A DNA stretch of 63,202 nucleotides, the filler included, from Octopus bimaculoides (taxonomy: Eukaryota), in NCBI RefSeq assembly GCF_001194135.2. It is 7 parts of 5 records of this genome, joined end to end, with 100 filler letters (N's around TTAATTAATTAA, not from the genome) between each part and the next. Parts side by side here need not be neighbours in the genome. Positions count along the whole stretch, not along the records: positions 22,240 to 28,180 come from NC_068987.1; positions 28,281 to 37,175 come from NC_068981.1; 5 more parts are not named here. One strand, given 5' to 3'. This document shows, piece by piece, positions 23,741 to 36,958 of the stretch (its first letter is position 1; every line of letters begins with the position of its first letter). The translations under genes were made by a program, and so were the position numbers. The notes beneath the pieces were generated by a model, which was not told the origin of the DNA, searched no databases, and saw nothing but the letters and a program-made list of their open reading frames with translations.

Positions 23741-24139
23741 TCTTTCTTTCTCCTTAAAAGAATTTCTCTGTTAATCTCATATCTTAATGTGTTGCTAAAT
23801 GACATTTTAGTGATTTTATTTCCTGTAGTTACTTGATAATATCTAAGTTATGAAATTCAACAAATAAACACATTCTTAAAATATTCTCCTAAAATATGAA
23901 GTATTCCGTAAAGAATTTTATCATGCCGACAGGTTTGAACACGTTGCCTTCAATTTGAATTAATTCCCACAGAAGTTCTTCGAATATTTAGAGTTTTCCT
24001 TCCTACCTTATAATTTTGAACAGAATTCTTTCTTTGTGTCAAAGACGAAGAGGTGAGAAAGAATCTATAGATGTTGGGACTCACAGAGGGGATGACAGGG
24101 AACTGAGACTCATGGTGGATTGCTGTGCTGAAAAGACAC

Positions 24140-24420
24140 ATCAAGCTAAGTAGAAGCATGGTTGTCCTTGCATACAGGCTTATCCCTTGCATCCCTAATT
24201 TTGCAGGCTCATAGGTATTGGTGCCACGTAAAAAGTACCCATACCAGTGCTGCATAATAGCATCCAGTACACTCTGTAAAGTGGTTTGCATTAGGAAGGG
24301 CATCCAGCTGTAGAAGCCATGCCAAAACAGACAGGGAGTCTGAATAGCCCTTCAGCTGGTCAGCTCCTGTCAAACCATCCAGCCCACACTAGCATGGAAA
24401 ACAAATGTTAATTGATGACA
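24140..24420 (+). mobile_element. Retroposon 3' segment (RTE-type tail)
   Basis: GTGGTTTGCATTAGGAAGGGCATCCAGCTGTAGAA domain and the end CATGGAAAACAAATGTTAATTGATGAC resemble RTE-dependent retroposons; family from memory only. Confidence 0.55.
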
Positions 24421-24538
24421 TTTCTAAATTCTTAAAACAGTTTTAAAAAATCAGTAACAAGAGCTTCATTTTTTTATTTTGCTAATTTTATTTTTAGGTC
24501 AAAGAAAAATTATAAACAAATATATATAATAAGACATA

Positions 24539-24544
24539 TTTATT
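24539..24544 (-). promoter_or_regulatory. Candidate polyadenylation signal (AATAAA) of the ZNF gene
   Basis: TTTATT on the plus strand about 260 nt downstream of the stop codon; other candidates exist near 24470-24495. Confidence 0.35.
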
Positions 24545-24800
24545 CAACAAGCAATATAAAAATCCAACGTTTGAGGTTATGACTCATATTTAAGATTAAA
24601 TGAGTAAGCTATGTATAAACTGCATCAGAACTTATTTAAAAAGAAAAATGTAGCTTTTTGTAGATAACACAAGATGCTTTAAGTCGAACCCTTTCAGATT
24701 GTTCCAAAAGAAATGTTTACTGATTCAAGCAACATTTCACCATGGTGATCAGATATATAATTACAGAGAAATCCTTTGACCAGATACCATAGTATCATTA

Positions 24801-26414
24801 CTACAGTTCCTCAGTGGTGTGAATTTTTGCATGTCTAGACAAATCAGCATTTTGTGAGAATGTCTCACCACAGATATCACAGCAATATGGTTTCTCATCT
24901 GTATGAATATGTTTATGCCTATTTAAATGGCTACTTAAAGAGAATGTTTTACTGCAGATATCACACTGGTATGGTTTCTCACCTGTGTGAATACGTTTAT
25001 GGCAAGATAAATGACCAGTTTGAGAGAATGTTTTACCACAGATATCACAGTGGTATGGTTTCTCTCCTGTGTGAATACGTCTGTGGCAACATAAAGCACT
25101 TCTTTGAAAGAATGCCTTACCACAGATATCACAAGAATATGATTTCTCACCTGCATGTCGACGTTTATGCTTGTTTAACAAACTATTCTGAGAAAAAGCT
25201 TTATCACATATATCACAGTGGAATGGCTTCTCTCCTGTATGATTACTTACATGGTACAGTAAAGATGTCCTTTCAGAAAACTGTTTACCACAGATATCAC
25301 AAGAGTGTAGCTTCTCACCTGTATGAATACGTTTGTGGCGAGATAAATTGCTACGTTGCGAGAATTTTTCACCACAGATATCACAGTCGTAGGGTTTCTC
25401 ACCGGTGTGAATACGTTTGTGGCAAGACAAAGTGCCCATTTGAGAGAATGTCTTACCACAGATATCACAAGAATATGATTTCCTACCTGTTTCACTATGT
25501 TGATCTTTGTTTAACAAAGTTTTCTGAGAGTAAGTTTCACCATTGATTTCACAGTGGGTTGGTTTCTCACCTGTATGAGTACTTATATGGTAATGTAAAG
25601 AAGTTACCTGAGAGAAAGCTTTACCACAGCTATTACAAGAGTATGGCTTCTCACCTGTGTGAGTACGAATATGGTTAGATAATCGCCTTCTCTCAAAGAA
25701 TGATTTACCACAGGTCTCACAATAAAATGGCTTTTCACCTGTATGAACACTTTTATGATAACGTAATGAATTACTCTGAGAGAATGTTTTTCCACAGATA
25801 TCACAGTGGAATGGCTTCTCAACTGCATGAATATATTCATGCTGGGATAAGGCATTGCGTGCAGAAAATGCTTTGCTGCAGGTTTTACATTGGAATGGTT
25901 TTTCACCTGTGTGAATACGTTTGTGTTTAGATAAGGCACTACTTTCAGGAAATGCTTTATTACAAAACTCACAGTGGAATGGTTTCGCTCCTGTATGAAC
26001 ACTTTTATGGTAAAGTAAAGTATGTCTCTGAGAGAATGTTTTACCACAAATATCACAGCAGTATGGTTTCTCACCTGTGTGAGTACGTTTGTGGCATGAT
26101 AAATTACCAATCTGAGAGAATGTCTTACCACAGATATTGCAGGAGTATGGTTTCTCACCTGTGTGAGTACGAATATGGGTAGATAATTGTCCTCCTTCTA
26201 AGAATGCTTTACCACAGATATCACATTGGTGTTGCTTCTTCTCCGTATGAATTAGTTTATGTCGAACTGAATTCTTTTTCCTTGTAAATACCTTCCCACA
26301 TACATTACAGGGATAGGACTTTTTGCCTGTCTTTCCCTGAGTCTGTTGCAATATACCATCATCACAAGATTGTGTTTCATCACAAACCTGACTTTCACAC
26401 AGCTTCTCATCCAT
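24801..26414 (-). CDS. Tandem C2H2 zinc-finger protein, 537 aa (33-aa leader + 18 x 28-aa units; unit 10 degenerate)
   Basis: Intact 1614-nt ORF with CxxC-x12-H-x3-H fingers and TGEKP linkers. A candidate splice acceptor (TTTTCCTGTTACATATTTTCAG, AG at 26538-26537) precedes a ~120-nt 5'UTR. The expansion of C2H2-ZNF genes in octopus is established. Confidence 0.95.
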   Translation of the reverse strand: MDEKLCESQVCDETQSCDDGILQQTQGKTGKKSYPCNVCGKVFTRKKNSVRHKLIHTEKKQHQCDICGKAFLEGGQLSTHIRTHTGEKPYSCNICGKTFSQIGNLSCHKRTHTGEKPYCCDICGKTFSQRHTLLYHKSVHTGAKPFHCEFCNKAFPESSALSKHKRIHTGEKPFQCKTCSKAFSARNALSQHEYIHAVEKPFHCDICGKTFSQSNSLRYHKSVHTGEKPFYCETCGKSFFERRRLSNHIRTHTGEKPYSCNSCGKAFSQVTSLHYHISTHTGEKPTHCEINGETYSQKTLLNKDQHSETGRKSYSCDICGKTFSQMGTLSCHKRIHTGEKPYDCDICGEKFSQRSNLSRHKRIHTGEKLHSCDICGKQFSERTSLLYHVSNHTGEKPFHCDICDKAFSQNSLLNKHKRRHAGEKSYSCDICGKAFFQRSALCCHRRIHTGEKPYHCDICGKTFSQTGHLSCHKRIHTGEKPYQCDICSKTFSLSSHLNRHKHIHTDEKPYCCDICGETFSQNADLSRHAKIHTTEEL

Positions 26415-28047
26415 AATTTCTTTGGTTAGTCACACAATGCAAAAACATGTTCCTCTTTTTCCTTGTAATTTATAATAAAGACAGTTCCATTATTATTTTG
26501 AATAAATATTGTTACATTGAACAGTGTTAATAAAATCTGAAAATATGTAACAGGAAAAAAATTCTATTACAACTCTTCATTTGGATAGAATCAAGTCCCA
26601 GGAATCAATCTAGCAATGAGAAAGCATCTCATAAAAGATCCCTAAACTTGCTCCACTTCTCAATATCCAACTATGAAAAACATTTCACATGAGTTGTGAT
26701 AAATTTTCTAGTATATTCAACACAAAAATTCATCCAGTAAGCATTTCCAATTTTACAGAAAATATCTGAAGTTAATATTGATTTAAAGAAACATTTCCCA
26801 GTAATTTAATCATCAACATTATACTTATATAGTGACATGTGTTCTTGATGATGCCATTTTTCAGTCTTTAAACTCAAATTTCTTGATGTATCTTGAGAGA
26901 GAAATTCTCATCTTTATGTCACCAGACACCCTGAAACACACAGATAATATACATAAAACACAGTTATATGTAAATGCAAAGGATACCAAAGACAAATATC
27001 TTGGTCAAAATATAAATATTACCATAAATTAATGATACAGACATGCCAAAATTAATGAGAACTTTCTCTAAGTATCTTTAGAAGAAAGAATGGGTGAGGA
27101 AAGGCCAAATGGACATAGATTCATAGCCTTTGTAAATCTTCCAAGAATTTGATACAGTTGAATTCACAAGAGTTAAAAATTTCAGAATAAAGTTTGCATT
27201 AAAATGTTCAGTAAAGAGATTTACTGTAAAAATTATGAATGATAAATGGAAGTAAGTTAGATGAATTGAGTGGAAATCAAACACAGATACTTTGGATGTT
27301 AGATGTAGAAGGGAAGAGGAAGAATATAGCATGTTTGTGCTTGTAGTGTCTTTTGTGAAGTGACCGTTTGCCAATATGTCAGATGGCCACTTTCAGCAGT
27401 GAGATTTACAATGTGTAATGGCTTTTCTGCCCATGTTTTTGATTAGCACTATAATGTGCCTTGGATTATGCCTATGACCACTCTGTCTTTTTCTTCTGTT
27501 ATTTAACGTCTAGTTCAATGTGTGAGAAATTTGACTGCTATTTCTTTAACGTATTTAGCCCAACTAAGATGGTGTAGGAATTAATTAAACAGTAATTCAG
27601 TATAATTAATACTTATTCGGCAGTTTGAGTAAAAATGATTTCTCATTTAAGCATAAGACCAAAATTTTAAAATATAGTAGGTTAGTCAATTACGTTACCC
27701 AAGTTCTTAACTGATATTTTTTCTATATCTATCCTGAAAGGATCATATGCAAAATTGACCTCAGAGGAATTTGAACTCAGAATGTAAATAACCAAAAGAT
27801 ATATCACAAAACATTCTGTCAATTCACTACACTAATTTGGGTAAAAATAATAACATTCTTCATCTTTAACCATCAATGCAATCTTCTGAGGCTTATAAGA
27901 GACTGGCAAATATATTTTCTTTGTAGGAACCAGAATGATGGCATTTACCAATCACTAAGTTTTAGCCTGTGTTGGACACATGCACTTGTGTATATAAGAA
28001 CTCACAATCAGGTACTACTAAAGCAGCGCGGACCCGAACGCGCAGTC

Positions 28048-28180
28048 GCGCGTCCGCGCTAGCTAGTCTTGAGTGGTCGATCCTAACCCTAACCCTAACC
28101 CTATCCCTAACCCGCGTGTGCAAATGAATACGTGTTTAGGGTTAGGATCGACCACTCACGACTAGCTAGCGCAGACGCGC
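28048..28180. mobile_element. GC-rich hairpin (MITE-like) element containing telomeric CCCTAA repeats
   Basis: 45-bp arms at 28048-28092 and 28136-28180 (43/45 complementary); about 5 CCCTAA units at 28082-28113; the right arm runs into an N-gap. Confidence 0.75.
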
Positions 28181-28402
28181 NNNNNNNNNNNNNNNNNNNN
28201 NNNNNNNNNNNNNNNNNNNNNNNNTTAATTAATTAANNNNNNNNNNNNNNNNNNNNNNNNNNNNNNNNNNNNNNNNNNNNTATATATATATATATATATA
28301 GTTCAAAAACACAATAACAAAAAAACAAAAAAACAACAAAGTGAGGACGTGATGTGGATAGTATTATTGGACGCTCAGGAAAGGAAAGAGAGAGTATATG
28401 TA

Positions 28403-28450
<48 letters not shown>

Positions 28451-29048
28451 TATGTGTATGTATCTATATATACACACACATAGATATATATATGTATTTA
28501 TATTCGAGACGAAATGGTAGAGGGTAAGAGTGGGAGTTTGAATGTGGGAGAATAGGATTCCTCAGTGTTACTCCTCTATGAAATCTTACTCATATGCAAT
28601 TGGTCAGCTGGGATATCGTAAAGATGAAGAAAAGTACAAAGAGAGAAAGAACAGTATTATGTGTAATGGAATATAACTGATCGTAAAAGATAGTGCTTCA
28701 CATCTAACCTCTTTAACGTATATATATCTACCAAGCAAAGAAATCAGTTACAATGAAACCGTGTGATGATCAAAGTAGAAGCATCTGTACATTGAATATT
28801 TGAAGCTTTGTGAACATGGAAACATCTCCCAAGGCTACGCATAGGCGAGCATTGACATGTTTTAGATGTATCGTATTTTAGGACGGCGAATAAATTTCGT
28901 TTCCTAGAATCATATAGGCTCCACTAGTTTAAATTTCTTTCCTCTTTCCATAACCATGTTGTTAGATATGCGCTACAGTATCTATAAACTTCCGATATCA
29001 AAATAGATATCTTTATAGTTTATAATAAATATTTGACTTGCATGAAAT

Positions 29049-29165
<117 letters not shown>

Positions 29166-29318
29166 NNNNNNNNNNNNNNNNNNNNNNNNNNNNNNNNNNN
29201 NNNNNNNNNNNNNNNNNNNNNNNNNNNNNNNNNNNNNNNNNNNNNNNNNNNNNNNNNNNNNNNNNNNNNNNNNNNNNNNNNNNNNNNNNNNNNNNNNNNN
29301 NNNNNNNNNNNNNNNNNN

Positions 29319-29377
<59 letters not shown>

Positions 29378-32300
29378 GTGCGTGTTTATATATGTATGTG
29401 TATATGTGTATGTGTATAGTACTCACCTGTAGACTTCCAAATGCATTTAGGGTACAACAAATGATATTTTGAATTTCGTTCTGCTGATTCTTTTTGGGCG
29501 CAAAAAATTTTACGCCGACCTCGTACTAATACGTATATTAAACCTTCAACATACCAAACTTCAACCGTCTGCTGACCACCTTTGTCCCAACTCCAAGTTC
29601 ACATGGAGCCCAAATTGTAACTGATTTAGATATTCCAGCATTTCATTCTTTTTTTTTTTTTTTTTTTTTTTTGGCGGTGAAATTACTTTTCTCTCCTTGC
29701 TGGTTTATACAACACGTTACTTGCATGAATGGTTATATTTTCTCAGGGAACTCAGCAGTTTCTGCATTTTTCTCTTTAGCTAATCAATGTTCCAATAAGC
29801 ATGCATGCATACGTTCAGTCTAGTTTCGTGCTTTCTACAATTTTTTCCAGATCCGTAAATCTCACTACTTTGTCGGGAATTCAAACAGTCTTCTTTACGG
29901 TTTTTCTTACATATTGAACTTACTTCTCAGCTTAAGTTGACCGAATTAGTTAACACCGCTAAACATAATATCAAATTTCATTTCTGCAATACCCATTGAT
30001 CAAATTCAACCACAACAAATGACATATCTATTTACTTACTCACACCCGCTTTCGTATATACCACTCTTTCATCCACACACAGCCAAGGAGGTGCCCTACT
30101 AATCTATTACAACAAGCAGAAGATTCTCCAACAAAATCTGATCATAACGTTAGCCTCACAATCATCTGTTCCATAATAAATATGCGTGCGTATGAAGAGC
30201 TTTGGTGATGGCTCACAACATATAAACTAAATACATTAAATCATTTAGTTTCAGCATTATGTTTCTGGTAAAATTGGGACTTTCTATGATTTATATCTTT
30301 TATAGACGTCATGACAATTAAATGTATAAATGTAATATACTATATTCATTTGACGAGACAATTCACCACCGTTCACAAATTTTCGGTGTTCCGTACTGAA
30401 TTAAAGGGCAATAGTAAGTGAAACTGAAAAAGAGAGGAAATGTACGAGCGGAGAAAGAGAGAGAGAAAAAAAGAAGAAAAAAAACGAAGAGAAAAGAAGA
30501 AGTAATGAAAGAAATAGCAAATGCAAAAAGCAATGGATATGTGATAGAATGTTTGGAAGTCCAAAGATATAATCATAAATGTTACAACAAATTAGCAGAA
30601 CATCAGTAAGACAGGCAGAAGGCAGTAAAGTAGTAAAGAAATATCTCTTACTGAATTACACTAACAAACAATGAATTATTGTCACGATTATCTCTGCGTT
30701 GACAGGGCGCTGTCACATTAATGGAATTGATTAGTGTCAACACTTCAAATATAACAAGCTCTAATCTATATTTTAGAACGGCAACGCACACGTACTAAAG
30801 GACATAACCTAAATCATTTCCTTCATTTAGTTTTCAAATATTTCTCTCGATCTCGTTTATTCTCTCGCCGATTCTCTGACTGCATTTCTGTCTCTCCCAT
30901 CCTCTCTCTCTCTCTTTTCTCTCCTGCCCCTCTCTTTCCGTATGTACATACACACATATGACACACACACACGTGTGTGTGTGCGTATGTTATGTGTGTT
31001 CTCTTCCAACTTTAATTATTTGAAGTCTTCCTTTAAGGAAGGAGCAGGTTTCTAACAATAGATACAAAGTTTTATCGTTGGATTGTAGAGAAACAATATC
31101 TTCCATATTTTTACTGCTCATTTTACAGATTGTATTTGAATGGATTGTGTTAGCTGGGTTTTCTTTTTTTTTTCTGAACACCCCTAGATGTGTGTATTGT
31201 ACATATGCTTGGTGAGGAGGTTGGTGTTCGTTGGACACCATGAAACAAAAATGCTGTCATAGAATGGATGAATGCAGTTGAGTCAACGACCATCCAACAG
31301 CTGGGAATAAGATTTCCCTAAATAATACCAACCCCATTGCGAAGCCAGAAATCTTGTCCTTGCTTGTTTCTGGACTACTTAGCTCTATAGGTAAGAGTCT
31401 TAGTGAAGTTGTGCAAGCTTTTATTGACTTTCAATTTCAGTACAGAAATTATTGACTGACATTTTCTTAAACATCTACAATAACATAATTTAACATACAC
31501 GTCTGCTAGTTGCAGCCACAAAGTACGTACCTATGTCTGTCTGTCTTTTTGTCTGTCTGTCTGTCTGTATGTATGTATGTATGTATGTAATAAATTTTAT
31601 TGTCTTTGTGCGTCATACCTAGATGATTATGATGTCTGGTAAAAGTAACAACTAGTATCTTGAAGTTTGCAATTTTCATTTTTACTGGCAAATTTGTATC
31701 TTACATTGATAATTTGTAGCTTATTCTCGAGTATACAAGCTTCTGACGTGTTGTTGATAAGAAGGCTTTAGATTTTATTGTTTTTGCAATGTGTTATTAG
31801 CGTTACTTTATGGGTTAGCGTGACGCGTTTTCTCTTCGGGTTTATGAGAGATTATTTTTATTGTTTCCTTCTTCTATTCCTGGCATGCGCTTTATTCATA
31901 TAACCCACTTTGTGTGTAATACGTGTATTTTTAATAGGGGTACTGTTTAAAGTATTTCTTGTTTTTATTTCAGTCTATACTCATTAGTAGCTTGGTCTAG
32001 TAGCCTCAATATCCGTTGCTAATTAGCGTTTGTTTTATCCTGTGGATGTCTTTATCTCGTTCTTCATTTATAAATTCTCGCTTAACTAGTAATTTTACCA
32101 CTAAAATTTCAGTAATTATTTGCGTATCTGCTGTCTGTGTGTAGGTGTATGTATTCGTATATGCATTACTGACGTCATGTATCGATTGCTTTTTAATCTG
32201 AATGTTTATATCTACAAATGTATCGCCTTAGTAGTATAGCATGCGAAATGTCATAAGTGAGTTGTTCTCTATGAGTTCTTCAATTTCCTATGTGTCCATT

Positions 32301-32601
32301 GCAACTAACATATCGCCTGCAGATCTACTGTTTATTATTATTATATATTTGCTAATTGGCAAACGTGGGTAATAGAAAGAAGACCCTGGCTACTATAGAT
32401 TGTTGTTTACATACCACGACACAATGAAGTAGAGAAATTTGAAAAGACAACACGAAACCGGTTATTTCTCAAAATACAATGTTTATATACCAAAACGATT
32501 TTCTAACATTTTTCTAACATTTTTCTAATATTTTTCTGACATAATTTAAATATATACTTTAACCAAGTAACACAAGCCTTCTGTAGTTTTTTCACTCTTA
32601 T

Positions 32602-32639
<38 letters not shown>

Positions 32640-33665
32640 GCGTGCTTGTGTTTGCTGAATTACAAGACACAGCACACCAGAACTAATAAAACTCTTACAT
32701 CAGTAAAATAAGCAAAAGTATCAGTTCTTGCGCCGTTCACGAGTTTCCTGTATGCACGCTATAATTGAAACCGTATTGCTTTCGCGGCTCACTGATATCT
32801 TTTAACTTTCTCCACTCTAATAACGGTAGCTGCTAAAGCATAATCTATAAAACCTAGTTATAAAGCAACTGCAAAACACAAATTGTATGATATACATTCT
32901 TATCATCTGAATAAAAGAAATATTCGTCACCTTATCCATAGGCTATAGTGAATCATGGTAGAGAACATGTTTCATCTCCAGTTAATTTCTCTCTTGAATG
33001 AGCGTGGTTTGGTTTTTTTTTTTCTTTCCTTAGCTACCAGTCGGAAATCCTGAAATCGTTCCACGACCACCCACGTTATCTGATCTAACAACAGCATATG
33101 TAAACAACATTCCGAGGCAAAATAAATCTATTTTGAGTTTAGGAAAATAAGTATGGAACTTATGAAAATACAGTTATCATTTTCATTTTATTGAATCATA
33201 CACATAGTCGCGCATACGCATAAACGCATTCAACCGCCTCTACTAGTCTGTGAACATACGTACATACATCGTATANNNNNNNNNNNNNNNNNNNNNNNNN
33301 NNNNNNNNNNNNNNNNNNNNNNNNNNNNNNNNNNNNNNNNNNNNNNNNNNNNNNNNNNNNNNNNNNNNNNNNNNNNNNNNNNNNNNNNNNNNNNNNNNNN
33401 NNNNNNNNNNNNNNNNNNNNNNNNNNNNNNNNNNNNNNNNNNNNNNNNNNNNNNNNNNNNNNNNNNNNNNNNNNNNNNNNNNNNNNNNNNNNNNNNNNNN
33501 NNNNNNNNNNNNNNNNNNNNNNNNNNNNNNNNNNNNNNNNNNNNNNNNNNNNNNNNNNNNNNNNNNNNNNNNNNNNNNNNNNNNNNNNNNNNNNNNNNNN
33601 NNNNNNNNNNNNNNNNNNNNNNNNNNNNNNNNNNNNNNNNNNNNNNNNNNNNNNNNNNNNNNNNN

Positions 33666-33703
<38 letters not shown>

Positions 33704-34204
33704 TGTATGTACTATTCAAATATATATGTACTACCTTATAATAAATTGTAAACTATGTTTTTCTGTTGATATATGTCTCATTATGATACAATATAATTTC
33801 TACGTAAGGTTAAGATGTGTGAATGGTTTAATGTGGCCCTAATGTTTTGTGTTATTGACTTCATGTACCATGGTAAGATGAAAGACTGCTACTAATCTCG
33901 GAGGGATTTGAGCCCAGTTCGCTGGAAGGGGGTAATTACATGCCAATGGGTTACTCCATCATTTTTGTTAATTTAATAAAATAAGATATAATATAGTCAG
34001 ACAGAAAGCAGTAGAGTTGTTAGAAAATGCAGGTATACCTCAATTAATGCCGTTTCGATTTACACCTTTTTAGCCTTCATTCAATGCATTTTCCTTACAA
34101 AGAAATGATATATTGCCACTATTAGCTCTATGTTAACAGAGTACTGTCGCATTAATTATTAATTAAATTGATTTCAATGTTCCGTTATGACATTTTGCTT
34201 TAAA

Positions 34205-34395
34205 AGTTTTGCACCAGGCAAGTTATTTTCGAGTGGGAGGCGGCAGCTATTTTCGACCATGGTACTCAATTGGTATTTATTTAATCGATCTCCGAAGGGA
34301 AGAAAGGCAGAATCGACCTCGGCAGAATTTGAAGTCAGGACGTAAATATGGAAGAAGTGCCACTTAGCTAGTGACTCAGCTAGCTCAGCGCCTTA
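34205..34395 (-). mobile_element. Diverged family-A SINE
   Basis: Body motifs AATCGATC..GAAAGGCAGAATCGACCTCGGCAGAATTTGAAGTCAG on the plus strand. Confidence 0.75.
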
Positions 34396-35230
34396 GTTCC
34401 TTCATGATGTTTTATTATTTCTAACATAATTCTTCGAACTCATAACAATGAAGAGAGTCGTTTTCGTACGTCGTTCTATACATTTGCCAGCTAACGAAAT
34501 AAAATATAAACAAAAATATATCTATAAGTGTAACAAATGACTATTCTAAGTTAGGGTAGATACTGTGTCAGTTGTTTAATAGTTTAAGAAGAAAAAGAGG
34601 TGACTCTAGAAGGTAAATAATAAATATTTCAGTCAGTACATTATCATGCATGTTTGAATCACTGAACTGAAGAGAATGACAGGTATACAGCTGTATTCTA
34701 GGTAATGGAAGTGCAGTATACACTGAGGAAGTATTTAGCAATTATCGGTGAGGCGCTTGAAAAATTTTTATTTGGAAAATGTCTCACAAGTTCTGACACT
34801 ATTTGATTTATCACAAATATACACAGTTGTTTCTCACTTAATATTTTAAATGATTATTTTTCTCTGTATAAGATTAAATATTTTAATTTTAGGAACAATT
34901 GATATATTTGATAAGAGAAAACATTTTAAATATTCTTGTATATTTTAATTATAGTATATCTATTTTATTATTTTATTACATTAAAGAGCGTCTCAGATCA
35001 CGTTTGTGTCTTTTACTTTCTTTCCGATTGGGATAGATAAATAATCGATCAAGACATTAGATACTCGCTTCTGATATTTCTCAGCCACAAAGCATACACG
35101 AAAGAAATAAGAACTATTTTATATGAATATTTATTTATTTAGTCATAACATTTCAAAGATGAAATGGAAAACTGAGACTATTTTGAATGATGTCAACACA
35201 GGACATAGAAACAATTAATGTGACAATATT

Positions 35231-35439
35231 TCAAATGTTGGCACAACGCCAACAGTTTTATGGGAGGGTGTAAGTCGCCTACATCGACCCCAGTGCTCAG
35301 TTGGCACTTATTTTATCGACCCCCCCTTCCACCAAAGGATGAAATGTAAAGTCAACCGCGGTGGCATTTGAACTCAGAAAGTTAAGTCGGAAAAAATGCA
35401 GTTAAGCATTTGGTCCGGCGCAATAACGCTCAGCGCCTT
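35231..35439 (-). mobile_element. Family-A SINE with an 18-bp TSD
   Basis: TSD AATTAATGTGA(C/A)AATATT at 35213-35230 and 35440-35457. Confidence 0.9.
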
Positions 35440-35468
35440 AATTAATGTGAAAATATTGGCATTTTATA

Positions 35469-36137
35469 AGGCGGTGAGCTGGCAGAAACGTTAGCGCGCC
35501 GGGCGAAATGCTTAGCCGTATTTCGTCAGCCGCTACGTTCTGAGTTCAAAATCCGCCGAAGTCGTCTTTCCCTTTCACCCTTTAGGGGTCGATAAATTAA
35601 GTACCAGTTGCGTACTGGGGTGTATCTAATCGACTGGTACCCTCCCCCCAAATTTCAGGCCTTGTGCCTAGAGGAGAAAAGAATGTTGGCATTTCATAAG
35701 GTGACGAGCTGGCAGAAACTTTAGCACGCCGGGCGAAATACTTAGCAGTATTTCGTCTGTCTATACGTTCTGAGTTCAAATTCCGCCGAGGTCGACTTTG
35801 CCTTTCATCCTTTCGGGGTCGATAAGTTAAGTACCAGTTACGCACTGGAGTCGATGTAATCGACTTAACCCCTTTGTCTGACCTTGTTTGTCCCCTCTAT
35901 GTTTAGCCCCTTGTGGGCAGTAAAGAAATAAGAAAACGTTAGCACGCCGGGCGAAATGCATAGCGGTATTTCGTCTGTCTTTACGTTCTGATTTCAAATT
36001 TCGCCGAGGTCTTCTTTCCTTTTCACCCTTTCGGGGTTGATAAATTAAGTACCAGTTGCGTACTGGGGTTGATCTAATCGACTGGTGCACCCTCCTCCAA
36101 AATTTAAGACCTTGTGCCTAGAGTAGAAAAGAATATT
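35469..36137 (+). mobile_element. Tandem family-A SINE cluster (35469-35681; 35699-35932 nested in 35699-36131)
   Basis: Three SINE bodies; the flank motif AAT(A/G)TTGG(C/T)ATTT(T/C)AT recurs at 35452, 35682 and 36132. Confidence 0.92.
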
Positions 36138-36958
36138 GGTATTTTATGCGACGGATTGCCTTTTCTTTAGCTTCATCCAAATTTAGAAGCCATGAAGTGC
36201 TTGAGAGAGAGAGAGAGAGAGAGAGCAATAGGAGTACAGAAATTAACAGACTTCTCACGGAAATAAAAGGCTGAAAATAAAGGAACTGAGAACGGGATCA
36301 TCTGAAATATGTGATGAAAATTTTTTTAAATCAGCAATACTTTATTGACTTATGCGAGGATGATTGTATGACTAATAGTGCCAAATACTTTCTTTAAACC
36401 GGCTCTTAAACGACGTCTCTATGTTGCCTAGTATCAAGAGTCTGAAGATTACTTTTACTACTGTTTCTTAGGGTGATAGCTGAAGAATGAATCAGCTGGA
36501 AGATAAACGTTATTGAACATTAAAATCTTATTAATTTGTTTAATATCTCGAATCAAATAATCTAGTTAAATCTATAACTGTGCATCAATCATGCATACAA
36601 AAGTAATAAATGGAATCAGTGGCTTGAAATTTCTTGCTCAAAGTTATTCATCAAATGAATACAATAGAATATATAATTGAAATCTTAACACTCATTACAT
36701 TAATTATACAATATCATCATTGTACATAGACCGAAAAGTCATGCGAAGCAAATACATACAGCTGGGAGTGTAGGTTCAAATTCGACTCACATAGTTCATG
36801 CGTAATATTCACAGTGTGTCACTACATACTTATTAATATACGTGTTGGTAATTGTAAGCAAAGTCATATATTACTCATTAATTTATTCCCGTTATTTGAA
36901 TGTTTGATAGCAAAATATTTCATATTTCTTGAATGTTTCAATAGTTCTAAAATTGTTA

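Noticed and set aside
24854-26182. Long plus-strand ORFs (230 aa and others) and alternative-frame minus ORFs over the ZNF gene
   Set aside because: Shadow ORFs produced by the 84-bp periodic codon pattern of C2H2 repeats; the same shadows appear over the pseudogene.
33035-33150. Polypyrimidine-AG followed by a short open frame (LPVGNPEIVPRPPTLSD...); similar case at about 34420-34490 on the minus strand
   Set aside because: Unrecognisable peptides; such signals arise by chance in AT-rich DNA.
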